A DNA stretch of 64,000 nucleotides, from assembly GCA_964016885.1 (NCBI GenBank), contig OZ024742.1, positions 217,310,001-217,374,000 on the forward strand. Reading direction: 5' to 3'. Shown piece after piece: positions 1 to 12,200 of this stretch (its first letter is position 1; each line of letters opens with the position of its first letter). A model generated the notes under the pieces. That model saw only the letters and a list, made by a program, of their open reading frames with translations, was not told the DNA's origin and searched no databases. Both the position numbers and the translations under genes were made by a program. This DNA comes from Eledone cirrhosa (lineage: Eukaryota).

Positions 1-13
1 CTATTTAAGACTT

Positions 14-300
14 TTAATATCTCAAGCCAGTTTCATTCCCTACAATAACCTTGCCACATTTGAATGCTCTGGTGACCTCAACCTCTGAAAGGTTAGTCAA
101 CCCTTGGTATACTTCTTGTACATTAGATGCTGTAGTGATCAAATTTAGGAGATTAGCAAAATATTCTCTCCATCTTGTAAGGATGCAACTCTCTCCAGAA
201 AGAACTCCAGACGAGTTCATGATAGCAGGTGTGGAGGAAGACTTATTATGAAGTTTGTGGATGGTCAACAAGAATACTTTATTTGCTGATCTACACCCAA
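14..300 (-). mobile_element. Old LINE ORF2 fragment (APE-RT linker)
   Basis: ILTRWREYFANLLN...EVEVTRAFKCGK resembles the RTE-type linker RWxEYFxxLLN...EV..A. Confidence 0.6.
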
Positions 301-902
301 CGTTTCATTATTGTCTAAATATTTTTTGTCAAATACATTTTAAAGTTTTTATTGTTGACAGTGTTCTAGATATATAGCACCACCTAGTGTCACACAGCAT
401 TGGACTGCTGATATTAAAGATTCTTTTCCTCTATGTACTTGAAGATATGTTACCAATCAATCTGTTCATTTCATATCTGATTTGAGACAAAGTAACTAAC
501 TATTTTAGTTTTCAGTAGAGGAGCAGGTCAGCCTAGTTTAATAATTTCTCACTTTTCAGCAATATTCCTCTGCTGAAATGATTTTTCTCTTAGATCCAGC
601 CTCTTATCCTAATTTAAATTCATTTCATCAACAATCTAGGTAATTTTTTGATGGGGAATGTGTTCATAAAAAATGCACAAAACATTTAAATCATTAATTT
701 AATATCTTAAAGAAAATTGACTGACTAAAAAAAATCATTGAATAACAAATCATTTTACTGGTTTGAGAGCTGATGAGGGTGAAGATGTGTGTGTTTAATC
801 GAAATTTTATTTTGGGGTTTTTTTGTTTTTTAAGGATTAATGCAAAATAGAATATAGAACGTATTTGTTGATATTTGAAAAATGTCAGATTCCTAAATGC
901 AG

Positions 903-1143
903 AAAATAATTGTAATAACAGTTGATTACTATAGATAATATTTGAGAAAATGGATAAATTACCTCTAGAGATGGAAAAAGTGAACAGAGATGCCTACAAG
1001 GAATTGAACCCCCATATCTCTTGAATACAGGGTTTGATTCCACATAAGCACCACTATCCACTTTTTTCCATCTCTAAGAGTAATTTACACCCATTTTTCT
1101 TAAATATTATCTATAGTGATCAGCAGTTATAAAAATTATTTTA
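903..1143. repeat. Long imperfect inverted repeat (fold-back, MITE-like)
   Basis: actatagataatattt / aaatattatctatagt, aaattac..tagagatggaaaaagtg / cacttttttccatctctaagagtaattt. Confidence 0.85.
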
Positions 1144-1391
1144 TGTATCACAGATTTTCAAATTTCAAATATTCCCAGGGCTTTGATAATTCATAAGGTT
1201 TATTTGATTATATTTTTCATCTCTGTACAGTTATAGATATTGCGATAACATGAAAGGTGAAAAAGTGAGTATCTATTTAATACTTTCAAGTGTCCTATGC
1301 ATCTGTACCTGTACTCACTTTAAAGAATTCAAAAATTTACAAAAACGTAAATATAAAGTAGAAAATAAATAATTTTATAAAGTCTACTAAC

Positions 1392-1574
1392 CTCAGGAGC
1401 AGATTCAACAGTAACAGTAACTAGTCCTTGTGCAATCCCTTGCCAATTAGCAGCACTCTTTCCAACAGCTATAGCAATAGCTAAGTAACCTGACCAGGGC
1501 CACAAGGTTTGAGAATATGAAAATGCCACATCAATGTAGTTTCCAAACTGAGGAGCATAGGGTTGCCAAAGTGG
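1392..1574 (-). CDS. MBTPS1: Site-1 protease coding exon 17 (gene continues past the window start)
   Basis: [61 protein letters not shown]; cag/GTTAGT. Confidence 0.96.
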
Positions 1575-2849
1575 CTGGAAAGAGAAATATGAAACAAGCA
1601 AAATAACAAAAGGTTAACTGCATAAGAAAGAATGAATATCAGCAGTAACATCATAGTAAAGTTATTAAAAGGTAAATAATATTCAATTAGTGTTATATCT
1701 CTGGTTAGTCTTGAGTAAAGCTCAGAACCTCTCTTTCTTCATACTTGCTTCACGATACACCATTATTCAGGTTTTCATGCGATTGAGTTTTACAATTTAA
1801 ACTCTTAACTGTAGAATGATACCATGCATCATTGAACTATTTAACATAATGAATCAAATTTGGGTGTTATACTTTAAACAGCCTTAATTATGGAAGAAAA
1901 TTGAAGAGCATCAACATTTTTAACAAGGTTGATTTCATCAAAATAGATATAAAAACACTTATAAAATGTTGAACATTTATAAATTTTCACAGGTCCAGCT
2001 AGTATTTATAAAAAAAGAAGAGCAGAACCTCACAACAAAACTTTGGTAACCACTGATACAACATAGCTATAACATAAGATTCTTCTTGTAAACTAACATT
2101 TGGCCATATGTTCAATATGGGTGGCTTTGCAGAATAACAGAATAGCAGCATCTTCAAAAACCTTCTCTTCTGGGGAAATTAATAACCAAATAGAGAAATA
2201 CTGCTTTCCCATTACTATATACAAACAGGACCTGAAATGATCCAGTTAAAAAAAACACAAACACTTAAAGGAAGTTCTTTTTTCTTTAATAAAACTTGAA
2301 AGAAGAGAAAAAATCTCAGATTTTGGAATGCAAACACCACACCTAATGCAAGTATTGGTAATAATCATCGACATTATTTTAAATCATTGTTTTCCATGCT
2401 AGCATGGAATGGATAGGTCTACCACAGAGCAAACTACAAGTCATTTGAATCTTTTGTCAACAAGCATTACAGAGAATTAGAAATAGCAGCCTAACATTCC
2501 TCAAAACATCCTATCATCTTTAAAAAGGAAAAATACATTGGGCAATGTAATTCTAAAGCATTTTGCTTTAATTAAAAGGTAGTGAGGTCATCATTGGTTT
2601 ATGTGTACTATCAAGTCTAACCTAGGTAGGTATAAAAAAAATAACCACCTATATGCAGTCAGTAAGTGTTAAGTATTTTGATCATGAATACTGTTCAATA
2701 CCAGTGACAGAATATGAATTATCAGCCTACTATCTTATAGTCAGGCACCCTATTAACTTGACCATATATCACACTTTGACATACAAAATAGATTTGAAAC
2801 ATATTTACAAATATATAAAAAATGGAAATCCCTGAATCAAAATACTCAC

Positions 2850-2897
2850 TTTGTCCATTATTCGTCCAGTTACACCCATCCCATTCAATATGGTCAC
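2850..2897 (-). CDS. MBTPS1: Site-1 protease coding exon 16
   Basis: VTILNGMGVTGRIMDK; tag/GTGAGT. Confidence 0.95.
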
Positions 2898-4843
2898 CTA
2901 AAGAAAATTAAATCAACAAATACATTTTCACTATTTGCATATGTCTTCATTCATCATTGTTTAACATCTTTCTCCATGGTAGCATAAGATGGATGGGTCG
3001 TCACAGACTAAGTCAGTACTCAGTCAAATGAACCGGAGGCAACATCTTGCTTACATATGCTCTTCCACTTTAGAGTATACTGGGTACATTTTACCATAGC
3101 ACTAACACTAGGGAGGTTGTTGTGCCCTTGACACAACTGGAGAGTCCTTTAAATCCCATATTTGGCAGGTTTTCTACAGCTGGAAGCTCTTCCTATCAGC
3201 ATGGATTGAAACAACATAAAAAAAGTGTCTTGCTCAAGGACAACATACTGCCAAGAATCTAACTCACAACCTCACGATGGGAGGCTGAACACCCTAACCA
3301 CATAGCCAGGTGCAGGTATCTGTGGTTAAGGAGATCACTTTGCAACCATGTGGTTCTGGATTCAGTCCCACCAAATAATTTCTACTATAGCTTCAAGGTC
3401 ACCAATGCCTTGTGAGAGGAATTTGGTTGATGGAAACTGTGGATGTATAAATATATAACAATAGTTTTCCTTGCTAGCAAGGGTTGGCCGAGTTGTCACA
3501 GACCAAATCACTACTCAAGCAGAGCCACTCACCTTTCAGATGGGCTGGGGGACTACATCTTGCTTAAATACCTTTCCACACTCCGAGTATTTAGATGTGC
3601 GGAGATTATTTGGGGGCAACATCTCATTTCATATGTACCATGTCTCACTGCCATATAGCATTGCAGTTTGCACGCATGATCACATGTGTGTCTGTGTTTA
3701 TTATCCATAACATGGCAGTTGAACAAATAAAAGTGACTGATAGAATTAATACTAGACTTGAAATAATAAGTACTGAGATCAATATGATCGAGTAAATAAA
3801 GGTGGTACCCCCAACACAGTTGCAATCTAATGAATGAAATTAGTAAAAAAATAAAATATAACAATATTTTATCATCATCACCATTTGACATCTATTTTTC
3901 CACACTTGCACGGGTTAGAGAGGTTGTCACATTATGAGACCATTCAGATCAGGTGAACATATGTATCTGTATTTTGGCTTGGTTTCTACAGCTGAATGCC
4001 CTTCCTAACACCAACCACATTACAGTGTGGACTGGATTATTTTTATCGTGGTACCGAATTGACCATCTAACAGAGTGGATTGGGTGCTTTTTCATCTTAT
4101 CACCAGCACGACCACCTTACAGAATGGACTAGGTGCTTTTTCGTGTTTCCAATACAACCGTCTTACAGGAATGAGGGACTGAGTGCTTTGTTGTTTTAAT
4201 ACCAGATCGCCATATGTAATTGAACAGTTTTATATATACAAATATCCATAGCATCTCATCTGCAAGTATTATTCAAATGTAACATATCATTATCATCATC
4301 ACTATTTAATGTCTATTGTCCATGCTAAGGCTGGACCAATAAGGTGACTAGGTCCTGCTAACACTTTTTATTTCGGCTTGGTTTCTACAGCAGGATGCCC
4401 TTCCTAACACCAACAACTTTACATGCACTGAAAGCATTTTATTGTGACTCTGGCACACCTTACAAGGTGGACCGAGTGCTTTTCATTGTAGCCCCAATAA
4501 TATCACCTTCCAGTACTTTTCATCATGATACTGGCACTACCATTTTACAAAGTGGGCTAGGTGCCTTTTGTGGTGGAACCAGCACCACCTCATTACAACA
4601 TAAGGGTACTCAGTGTCCTTGGTATAACTAGGGAAGCATTGGTAGATGTTATGGTAGGGTGATTTTTACAAACATTGCACTATAGTGTGGGAGTGTCAGG
4701 TCATAGGGTGGTGTTTGTGGAGGTATGCCTGGCTTCCCTTAGTCTAAATGGGAAGGGCGTTTATATGCTACTGGGTGGGGGTGCAGGTCAAGGTGGTGTC
4801 ATTGGAGCAAGTGGGTGTAAACAAAAAACTTTGAAATACTCAC

Positions 4844-4940
4844 ATTAATAATGACTGCCATCCCACCATGGTATATTGGTTGAGTGCAATAGGGCCACAT
4901 GTAAGGGCATTCGGTTAAATCAATGTAACTGGGACTCAAA
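4844..4940 (-). CDS. MBTPS1: Site-1 protease coding exon 15
   Basis: [33 protein letters not shown]; tag/GTGAGT. Confidence 0.97.
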
Positions 4941-5110
4941 CTAAATGAAACAAATACAAAATGTAAACATTACAGTATAGAGAAATAAATGTACAACAGA
5001 ATAAAATTATGATTTTAAATGTATTTTGTAAATGTAGGATAGGACTGTTCCACAAGGTGGTACTTTTTTTCTAAACTGAAGACCTGAATAAAGCCAGATT
5101 AAAGTATATA

Positions 5111-5141
<31 letters not shown>

Positions 5142-5301
5142 TTTGGGGAAATATTGCCAGAAATAATAATAAAACACACTCACTGTTTGGTTTGGATTAC
5201 TGAACCGTTTTTTGTCTTTTTAGTTCCCCCCAATGTTGGTCTATTCTCTCTCCTGTGCTTCGAGCTGTCTCATCTATGTATGTCGTCATGTTTCTGCAAG
5301 T

Positions 5302-5401
5302 ACCCTCTGTACATCTTATGTTATAGACATTTCTAGTTTTACAACCTCAAATACATTGTAAAACTAGAAATGTAGTCTATAGTATAAGATGTACAGAGGG
5401 T
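5302..5401. repeat. Inverted repeat with arms of about 43 bp
   Basis: accctctgtacatcttat..catttctagttttacaa / ttgtaaaactagaaatg..ataagatgtacagagggt. Confidence 0.9.
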
Positions 5402-5793
5402 TCATGCAATGAACCTTTCTCAATATGAAACCACAGCACTCTCCACATGAACCCTTCACAAGATCACATTTACTTCTGGAGCCCCACACTGGATGGCCGC
5501 GATGAAACTCACGTGGGCCTGCCATCGACCTTGCTGGCTATGTGGGGCTGGGCACCATTTCAACCCATGTCCAACGTTGAGTTGTCAGAACAGGTGTTTT
5601 GTTGAACATTGTAGCGCCAAAGGACTCAGTCCTGTGTCATCCCCATTGTGACATCCCATGTCTTCCTGCAACTTTTAAAGCCCTACACCTCTTCAATATT
5701 ATATATCATCATCATCATCATCATCATCAGGTTTAGCGTCCGTGTTCCACGCTTGCATGGGTTTGGACGGGGGTTTTCCCACTTGAGGCAAGA

Positions 5794-5794
5794 G

Positions 5795-5837
<43 letters not shown>

Positions 5838-6034
5838 ATATATATATATAACGAAGGAAATGTGGTAAGGAACCAGGTGGACCATAACGCACCAAAGTAC
5901 TCAATACTTAGGGTAGTAGAGTGGGTAATAGGAACCAGTAAGACCCCGACGGCTGAGCTCAAGCCGTTTCGATGGCTTGAGCTCAGCTGTCGGGGTCTTA
6001 CTGGTTCCTATATATATTTATATATATATATATT

Positions 6035-6071
<37 letters not shown>

Positions 6072-6094
6072 ATTTATTTATATATATATATATA
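5794..6094. repeat. (TA)n microsatellites (5794-5850, 6009-6094); others at 41435, 46237 and 51480-51600; (TG)n at 25197 and 35762
   Basis: Direct reading. Confidence 0.95.
5928..6011. repeat. 40-bp inverted repeat hairpin with TTCG loop
   Basis: Arms 5928-5967 and 5972-6011 are complementary except for two G-T pairs. Confidence 0.95.
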
Positions 6095-6310
6095 ATATTG
6101 AAGATAGTTTAGACTAGTAAGACCATATTCAGTTAAGTACTCAATACTTGGGAAAGTAGAGTATGTATATAGTGAATAGATATCAAGAAATGTACTTTGC
6201 CTCATGGAACAACAGAATGTCTTAAGCAGAATCAAATTCTTGACCTAACAAACTATCAATAGTAGTTCATAAATTAACAACTTCATTAATGCAAATGCAT
6301 TGATGCTTAC

Positions 6311-6475
6311 CTTGCTTGAGGCTTGTATGTCTGTAAAGTTTGGTATGTACGGATGAGATCAAGCTTGCCATGACCTTGTTCAAACATATTGACACCAGGT
6401 AACCTCTTTGCTGACACCATCAACGCCTGCTTCATACTCGCAGGGTTGATTACATTGGCCCTGTCTGTTACTGCA
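6311..6475 (-). CDS. MBTPS1: Site-1 protease coding exon 14
   Basis: [55 protein letters not shown]; cag/GTAAGC. Confidence 0.97.
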
Positions 6476-6509
6476 CTGTAATTATATAGAGTGAAAATGT
6501 TGCTTCATG

Positions 6510-6851
6510 TAAAGGGTAATAAAGGTAAAGGATAAAGACCCCCTTCAGTCACAAATGACAATGGGTTTTACACCTAAAAAGTTCTTCTCCAAGGCACAAG
6601 CCCAGGCAATGTGTTTTTGTCAAAGACTAACAGTCGCCCAAGCATACCAGTCTCCCCTCTCCATGCCACCAATGTTGACCAAGGAAAAGGCAAAGTCTGA
6701 TCCAGCTTGGCACCAGTGACATCACAACTTATTTCTACAGCTGAGTGAACTGGAGCAACATGCTCAAGAACATAACACATTGCCCGGTCAGGAATCAAAC
6801 TTAGAGCCTCACAATTGTGAATCCAACTTTCTAACCACTAAGCCATGCACC
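6510..6851 (-). mobile_element. tRNA-derived SINE
   Basis: A box tggcttagtgg, B-box-like gtttgattcc, core cttgagca...cactcagctgtagaaat, tail (cctttac)n. Confidence 0.75.
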
Positions 6852-7312
6852 TTTATGGAAATCTTTAGTAAAAGGTAAAAGATTTATCTGCTTGGGCTGA
6901 GGAGAAACTTTATGCTTTATGTACAATGTAATTAATATGGCATAAGAAAGGCAGTTCAATAAATTCAAACAATATATTCTTTTACTGGTTTCAGAAACTG
7001 GACGACAGCGCTGCTGAACACAAGCCAGAACCACTTGGTGTCACAGTCAGGTTTATACTTTCCACTATACATATATATATACATCATCATCATCATCGTT
7101 TTAACACCTGCTGGAAAAGGTTGGACAGGTCCATACAGATCAAGCCAGCACTGAAGCAGAGTCACTAGTCTTGGAGGCAGGCCAAGGATCTGTGTCTCGT
7201 TTATGTACAGTCCCACGTTCCATCATGGTTTCAGGAGAGGTTATGCATTTAACACAACTGAGGGTCCTCCCAGCCCTTTGTTTGGTAGGCATTCTTCTGG
7301 CTGGATGCCCTG

Positions 7313-8471
7313 AGAGCAGTGCAAGCCATGTACAGAGGAGTTGTGAGTAAAGTGAGAATAGGAAGTAAGTTTAGTGAGAATTCAAGGTACAGGTAGGAGT
7401 TCATTAGGGTTCAGTTCTTAGCCCACTGCTATTCATCATAGTTCTGCAAACTATAAAAGAGGAGTTTAAAACTGGCTGTCTATGGGAAATTCTCTATGCA
7501 GATGATCTGGTCGTTATAACTCAATACATAAAAGAACTAGAGAAGTTCTGACTATGGAAATAGAATTTAGAATCAAAAGGTCTGAGAGTAGACTTAACCA
7601 AAACTAAAGTACTAGTAAGCACAGAAGAAGATAGGACCCTGATTCCTTCAGAGAAGTGACCCTGCCCAATCTGTAGAAAATGGGTAGGCATAAACTCTAT
7701 CTAATGTACACAATGTAAATCTTGGGTACACAAGAGATGTAGTGGGATAACAGGAAGACTAACAGGAAGGGAAGACTTTGTATGTAAAAGATACACAAGG
7801 GTAATCAAGGGAAGAGCATCAGTGACATAAAGCTTTTCCAATCATACGAAGGATCCATAGAAGTGGTTGATAGCTTCTGTTATCTAGGTAACTAAATTTT
7901 CAGTGGAGGAGGGTGCTCCGAGAGCATAATAGCAAGAATAAGGATAGAATGGAAGAGGTTTAGCAAGCTACTCCCACTGTTCACAACAAAAGGTTTCTCC
8001 CTACATACAAAAAGATGGCTGTATGACGCCTGTGTGCGAAGAGTGATGCTGCATGATAGTGAAATATGGGCAGTAACTGAAGAAAACATGCGGAAGCTGG
8101 AGAGAAATGAAGCAACCATGCTTTACACTGGTAAATATGAAAGAAAAGCAGAGCTTGGACGAACTGAGGGAGAAACTGGGTTTTAGAGGAATCTGAAGTG
8201 GTGTGCAAGAGAGAAGACTGTGCTAGTACAGACATGTGATGCACATGGATGATGATTGGTGGGTGAAGAAGTGCCAGGAAATCCCAATGAGAGGAAGCCA
8301 CAGTAGAGGCAGACCAAGGAAAACCTGGGCAGACGTAATGAGAGCTAATCTCGAATCACTAAGACTCACAGAGGAGATGACAAAAGAACATAGCAAGTGG
8401 AGAGATGCCGTGCTGAAAAGGACCATCCAACCCATGAGCATGGAAAAACGGATGTAAAATGATGATGATGA
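7313..8471 (+). mobile_element. Degenerate RTE LINE 3' fragment with (TGA)n tail
   Basis: VHxGSVLSPLLFIIVL, YADD and GRPRKTW motifs with stops and frameshifts; ends aacccatgagcatggaaaaacggatgtaaaatgatgatgatg. Confidence 0.88.
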
Positions 8472-8541
8472 CATACACACATATATATATAATGTACAGT
8501 CACTTCAAGTTGCAACTATGCAGCTAATTATTTTAACTTAC

Positions 8542-8616
8542 CTTGCCAAGAGTGTAACTGCTCCTGCTACAACAGGTGACGCTACACTGGTTCCAGACAA
8601 TGAACGACAACCATTT
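8542..8616 (-). CDS. MBTPS1: Site-1 protease coding exon 13 (catalytic Ser)
   Basis: [25 protein letters not shown] contains the subtilase GTSxAxP motif; tag/GTAAGT. Confidence 0.97.
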
Positions 8617-9250
8617 CTATGGAATATAATGAAAATAACAAAAAATTGATACATCTTAACTATAATAAAGGAAGGTCTGCGGGATTGTGTTCAGAATATA
8701 TTTTTTTACCCCGTTTGTAAAATAAGTTGGATTACTTTGAATAAATAATGAATGAATATTACATAATTTATGTGCTAAATTTCGTGGCTGTTGATTAAAT
8801 ATATTTTATAGCTTATTTAAAGATCTTTAAAATTCAATTCTTTAAAATTATCAAATGTCAACACTTCCAGTTAGCGGCCGTTATATTATAACACTTATAA
8901 TCGCATATATTTCCGTCGCTAATTTTCTCCTAATGCAGTTTATATATTATGTCGTCTTTTTTTAATATATCATGGATTACTGATTACAGAAGACAGTGTA
9001 ACATAGACTTTGTTCAATTTCTGTGTATATTGTCAATTACGATTTTATTTGATGTATCATATTTACATGCATATATATTTGTGTATAATATCAATACACA
9101 CACTACACTTGCTAGCAGAAAACCACCCGTAGGGTGGTTTTTCTGCTAGTATACAGCAATTACCACAGACATACTTAATATATATATACTACAGTAACTA
9201 CCACAGCCACACTCAACACACAGTAGTTACACGGTAACACTCCATACATC

Positions 9251-12200
9251 ATCGGAACTCAGCACAAGATGAAAGTTTCAGTCTGCGTGATGATGGGCAG
9301 ATCTGGAGGTTTGTCAAGGCTGGTGAAACGTGGAAGAGAGATACCAGCTGGTCTGAGTGTGATCTACCCACAATAACTGGCAATGTAAAAACTGCTACAA
9401 CTCTGGGAAACTAAACCAGAACAACCTGCCACCCTCTACACACCATCATAAACTGCGAGCAGGGTACAAATTGTTGTCCTTAAATGCTCGCAGTTTATGC
9501 AACAAGATACATCTGTTCGAATCCTACGTCAGAAGCATCGACCCTGACTTCATCACAGTCACGGAAACATGGGCACATTCCTTACTCTGTGATGGGGTTT
9601 TCACCATTACTGGGTACAACCTTTTCCGCAAGGACCGCATTAACCGCCGTGGTGGTGGTGTGATGGTCTACGTTCGTTCAAACTTTTCGGTAATTCCTTG
9701 CGTTGATTTGAACGAATCACAGGAAGAAGTTTTTTTCTGTGACATACGTATGACCATGTCAACACTTCTGCTTGGTGTTGTTTATCGCCCCCCAAACTAC
9801 CATCAGGACACACAGCTTTGCGATATCCTCAGAGTTGCTGCCAAGAAAACAGCCACTTATGTGTTTATTGCAGGTGACTTCAATCATCCTGAGATCGATT
9901 GGGAAACCTTTCGTTGGCCACGGGGTGCAAACGATTTCCTTGAACTAGTGCTGGACTCAAACTGGTCACAAGTAGTCACCTCTCCAACAAGAGGTGACAA
10001 CACTTTGGACCTGATCTTCACCACTACTCCTGAAGTGGTTATCAGTTGTACTACTGAGGAACCTCTAGGCGACTCTGATCATGCTATGATCATTGCCAAT
10101 CTGGCACTTGAGGGCAGCAACAAAGACCAGAGCCATCTCCAATCTGCTTGCTTTGATTGGAAGAGGGCGGATTGGAACTTGTACTGCACTGAGCTACAGC
10201 GCCCAAACTGGCATGAGATGTATAACTCTGGAGATGTGAACTCTATACTCCAGAGCATCCTGGACTCAATATGGATAGCGTGTGCAGCATCAGTGCCACG
10301 GAAGCGGAAAAATAACCACCCCAAAAGTGCAATCTGGGAAACTTCAGCAGTCCGACTTGCCAGGAAAGAACGTCGGAACGCTGAACGGGAATATAAACTG
10401 CATAGATCAGATGCCAACAGAAAAAAGCGGAATAAATCTTCTAACCATCTCAAGCAAGTGACAAAGAAGGCAGTGCTTGAATTTGAACAGTGCATCGCAA
10501 CCAATCCTGACAGTAAGGTGTTCTGGAAATATGTTCATTCAAAGCAGAGACCTCACTCTCCAGTTGGTCCTCTTCGCAATCCCCACACAAGCCAGATCAC
10601 TGACGATCCCAAGGAATGCGCAGAACTCATTGCCGAGTGCTATGCAAGTATTTTTACTGTTGAAAACCAGAATGTACCATCTCCACCATCTCTAACATCA
10701 AATTCCATAACAACTATGGAATTTACACCTGCAATGTTGCGACGTCACCTTAAGAATAAGCGCAACTATGCCTCCCCTGGTCTTGATGGTGTGACATACC
10801 TGCTTCTCAAACGTGGCGGGGATTTCCTTTTGCGCCAGCTTTCTTTTTTCTTTCAATACTGTCTCAGCAATGGTGCTACTCCGGAGCAGTGGAAAACTGC
10901 CAGTGTCATTCCCCTGTTCAAAAAGGGCAACCGCATGTCACCTGTCAACTATCGTCCAGTCAGTCTTACTAGCTGTATGGCCAAACTGATGGAATCCTGT
11001 GTCAGAGAAACACTTTGGAACTTCTGGAGCTCTCACAGCCTCATCCGGCCCTCACAGTTTGGATTTATCCCTAACTCCAGCTGCTGTGATCAGCTTATCG
11101 AGTTCCTTGAGGACATCACCCGGATCACTGACAGCGGCTCATGGGTGGATGTTGTTTACCTTGACTTTGCTAAGGCTTTTAATTCTGTGCCACACAAAAG
11201 ACTTATGGCAAAACTCTCTGCAATGGGTGTGAGGGATGATCTTTTCGACTGGCTGAAATCCTTCATTCTCAGCCGAAAGGAAGTAGTCACGGTTCTAGGA
11301 CAGCATTCTTCACCATATGAGATGTCATCTGGTGTACCACAGGGATCTGTTCTTCGTCCTCTTTTGTTTGTGGCATATATTAATGACATAGATGCCAACT
11401 TACAGAATGCCACGGTACTAAAATATGCAGATGACATCAAGCTGTACCTTGAAATCAAAAGGACTGATCCTGAAATTTACAACTCTTTCCTACAATCAGA
11501 CCTGGACACAATGCAGCAATGGATCACAGACTGGCAACTGAAGCTGGCTGTGGACAAGTGTACCACCATGCATTTTGGAAGGAAAAATCCAGCGTCCACA
11601 TACTCCCTCCACAACACTGACATCAAAAAGTCCTCTTGTGAACGTAACCTGGGCATTACTGTCAGCAACGATTTGCGTTGGACAAAGCATGTCTCTAAGA
11701 TTGTCAAGAAGGCCGAGGGTGTCTTGGCATCACTCAGCAAGACCTTTGTTAGCCGCTCTCCAGCCATCTATTTAAAACTGTATACAGCTATGGTGCGACC
11801 ACACTTGGAATTCGCATCATCAGTCTGGAACCCCTATCTTGCTCGGAACATTGACCTCCTGGAAACTGTTCAGAGACGTGCAACCAAGCGCATACCCTCC
11901 ATCAGACACCTACCATACTCTGAACGCCTTGCTTCCCTGGGCATGGATTCATTGAAGCTCCGACGTCTGGCAGTGGACTTGGTGAATACCCACAAAGTTT
12001 TTAACCATCTCGCCAACTGCAACCCTGAGCGCCTCTTTGATCTCCATGTATCTAACACACGTGGACATGCCTACAAGATAAGAAAACAGCACAGCTCCCA
12101 TGACTTTCGCAGACATTTTTTCACGCTCAGAGTTGCTGAAACATGGAACAAACTGCCTGTGTCAATTGTTAGCTGCCGAGACACTGCATCCTTTAAGACA

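Noticed and set aside
769-820. Hammerhead ribozyme core (ctgatga...cgaaa), also near 28590
   Set aside because: Stems I, II and III cannot be paired convincingly around the core motifs.
10079-12058. Antisense and alternate-frame ORFs within the LINE (for example 10079-10504, 11156-11458)
   Set aside because: These are shadow ORFs of the RT/APE frame with no recognisable motifs.
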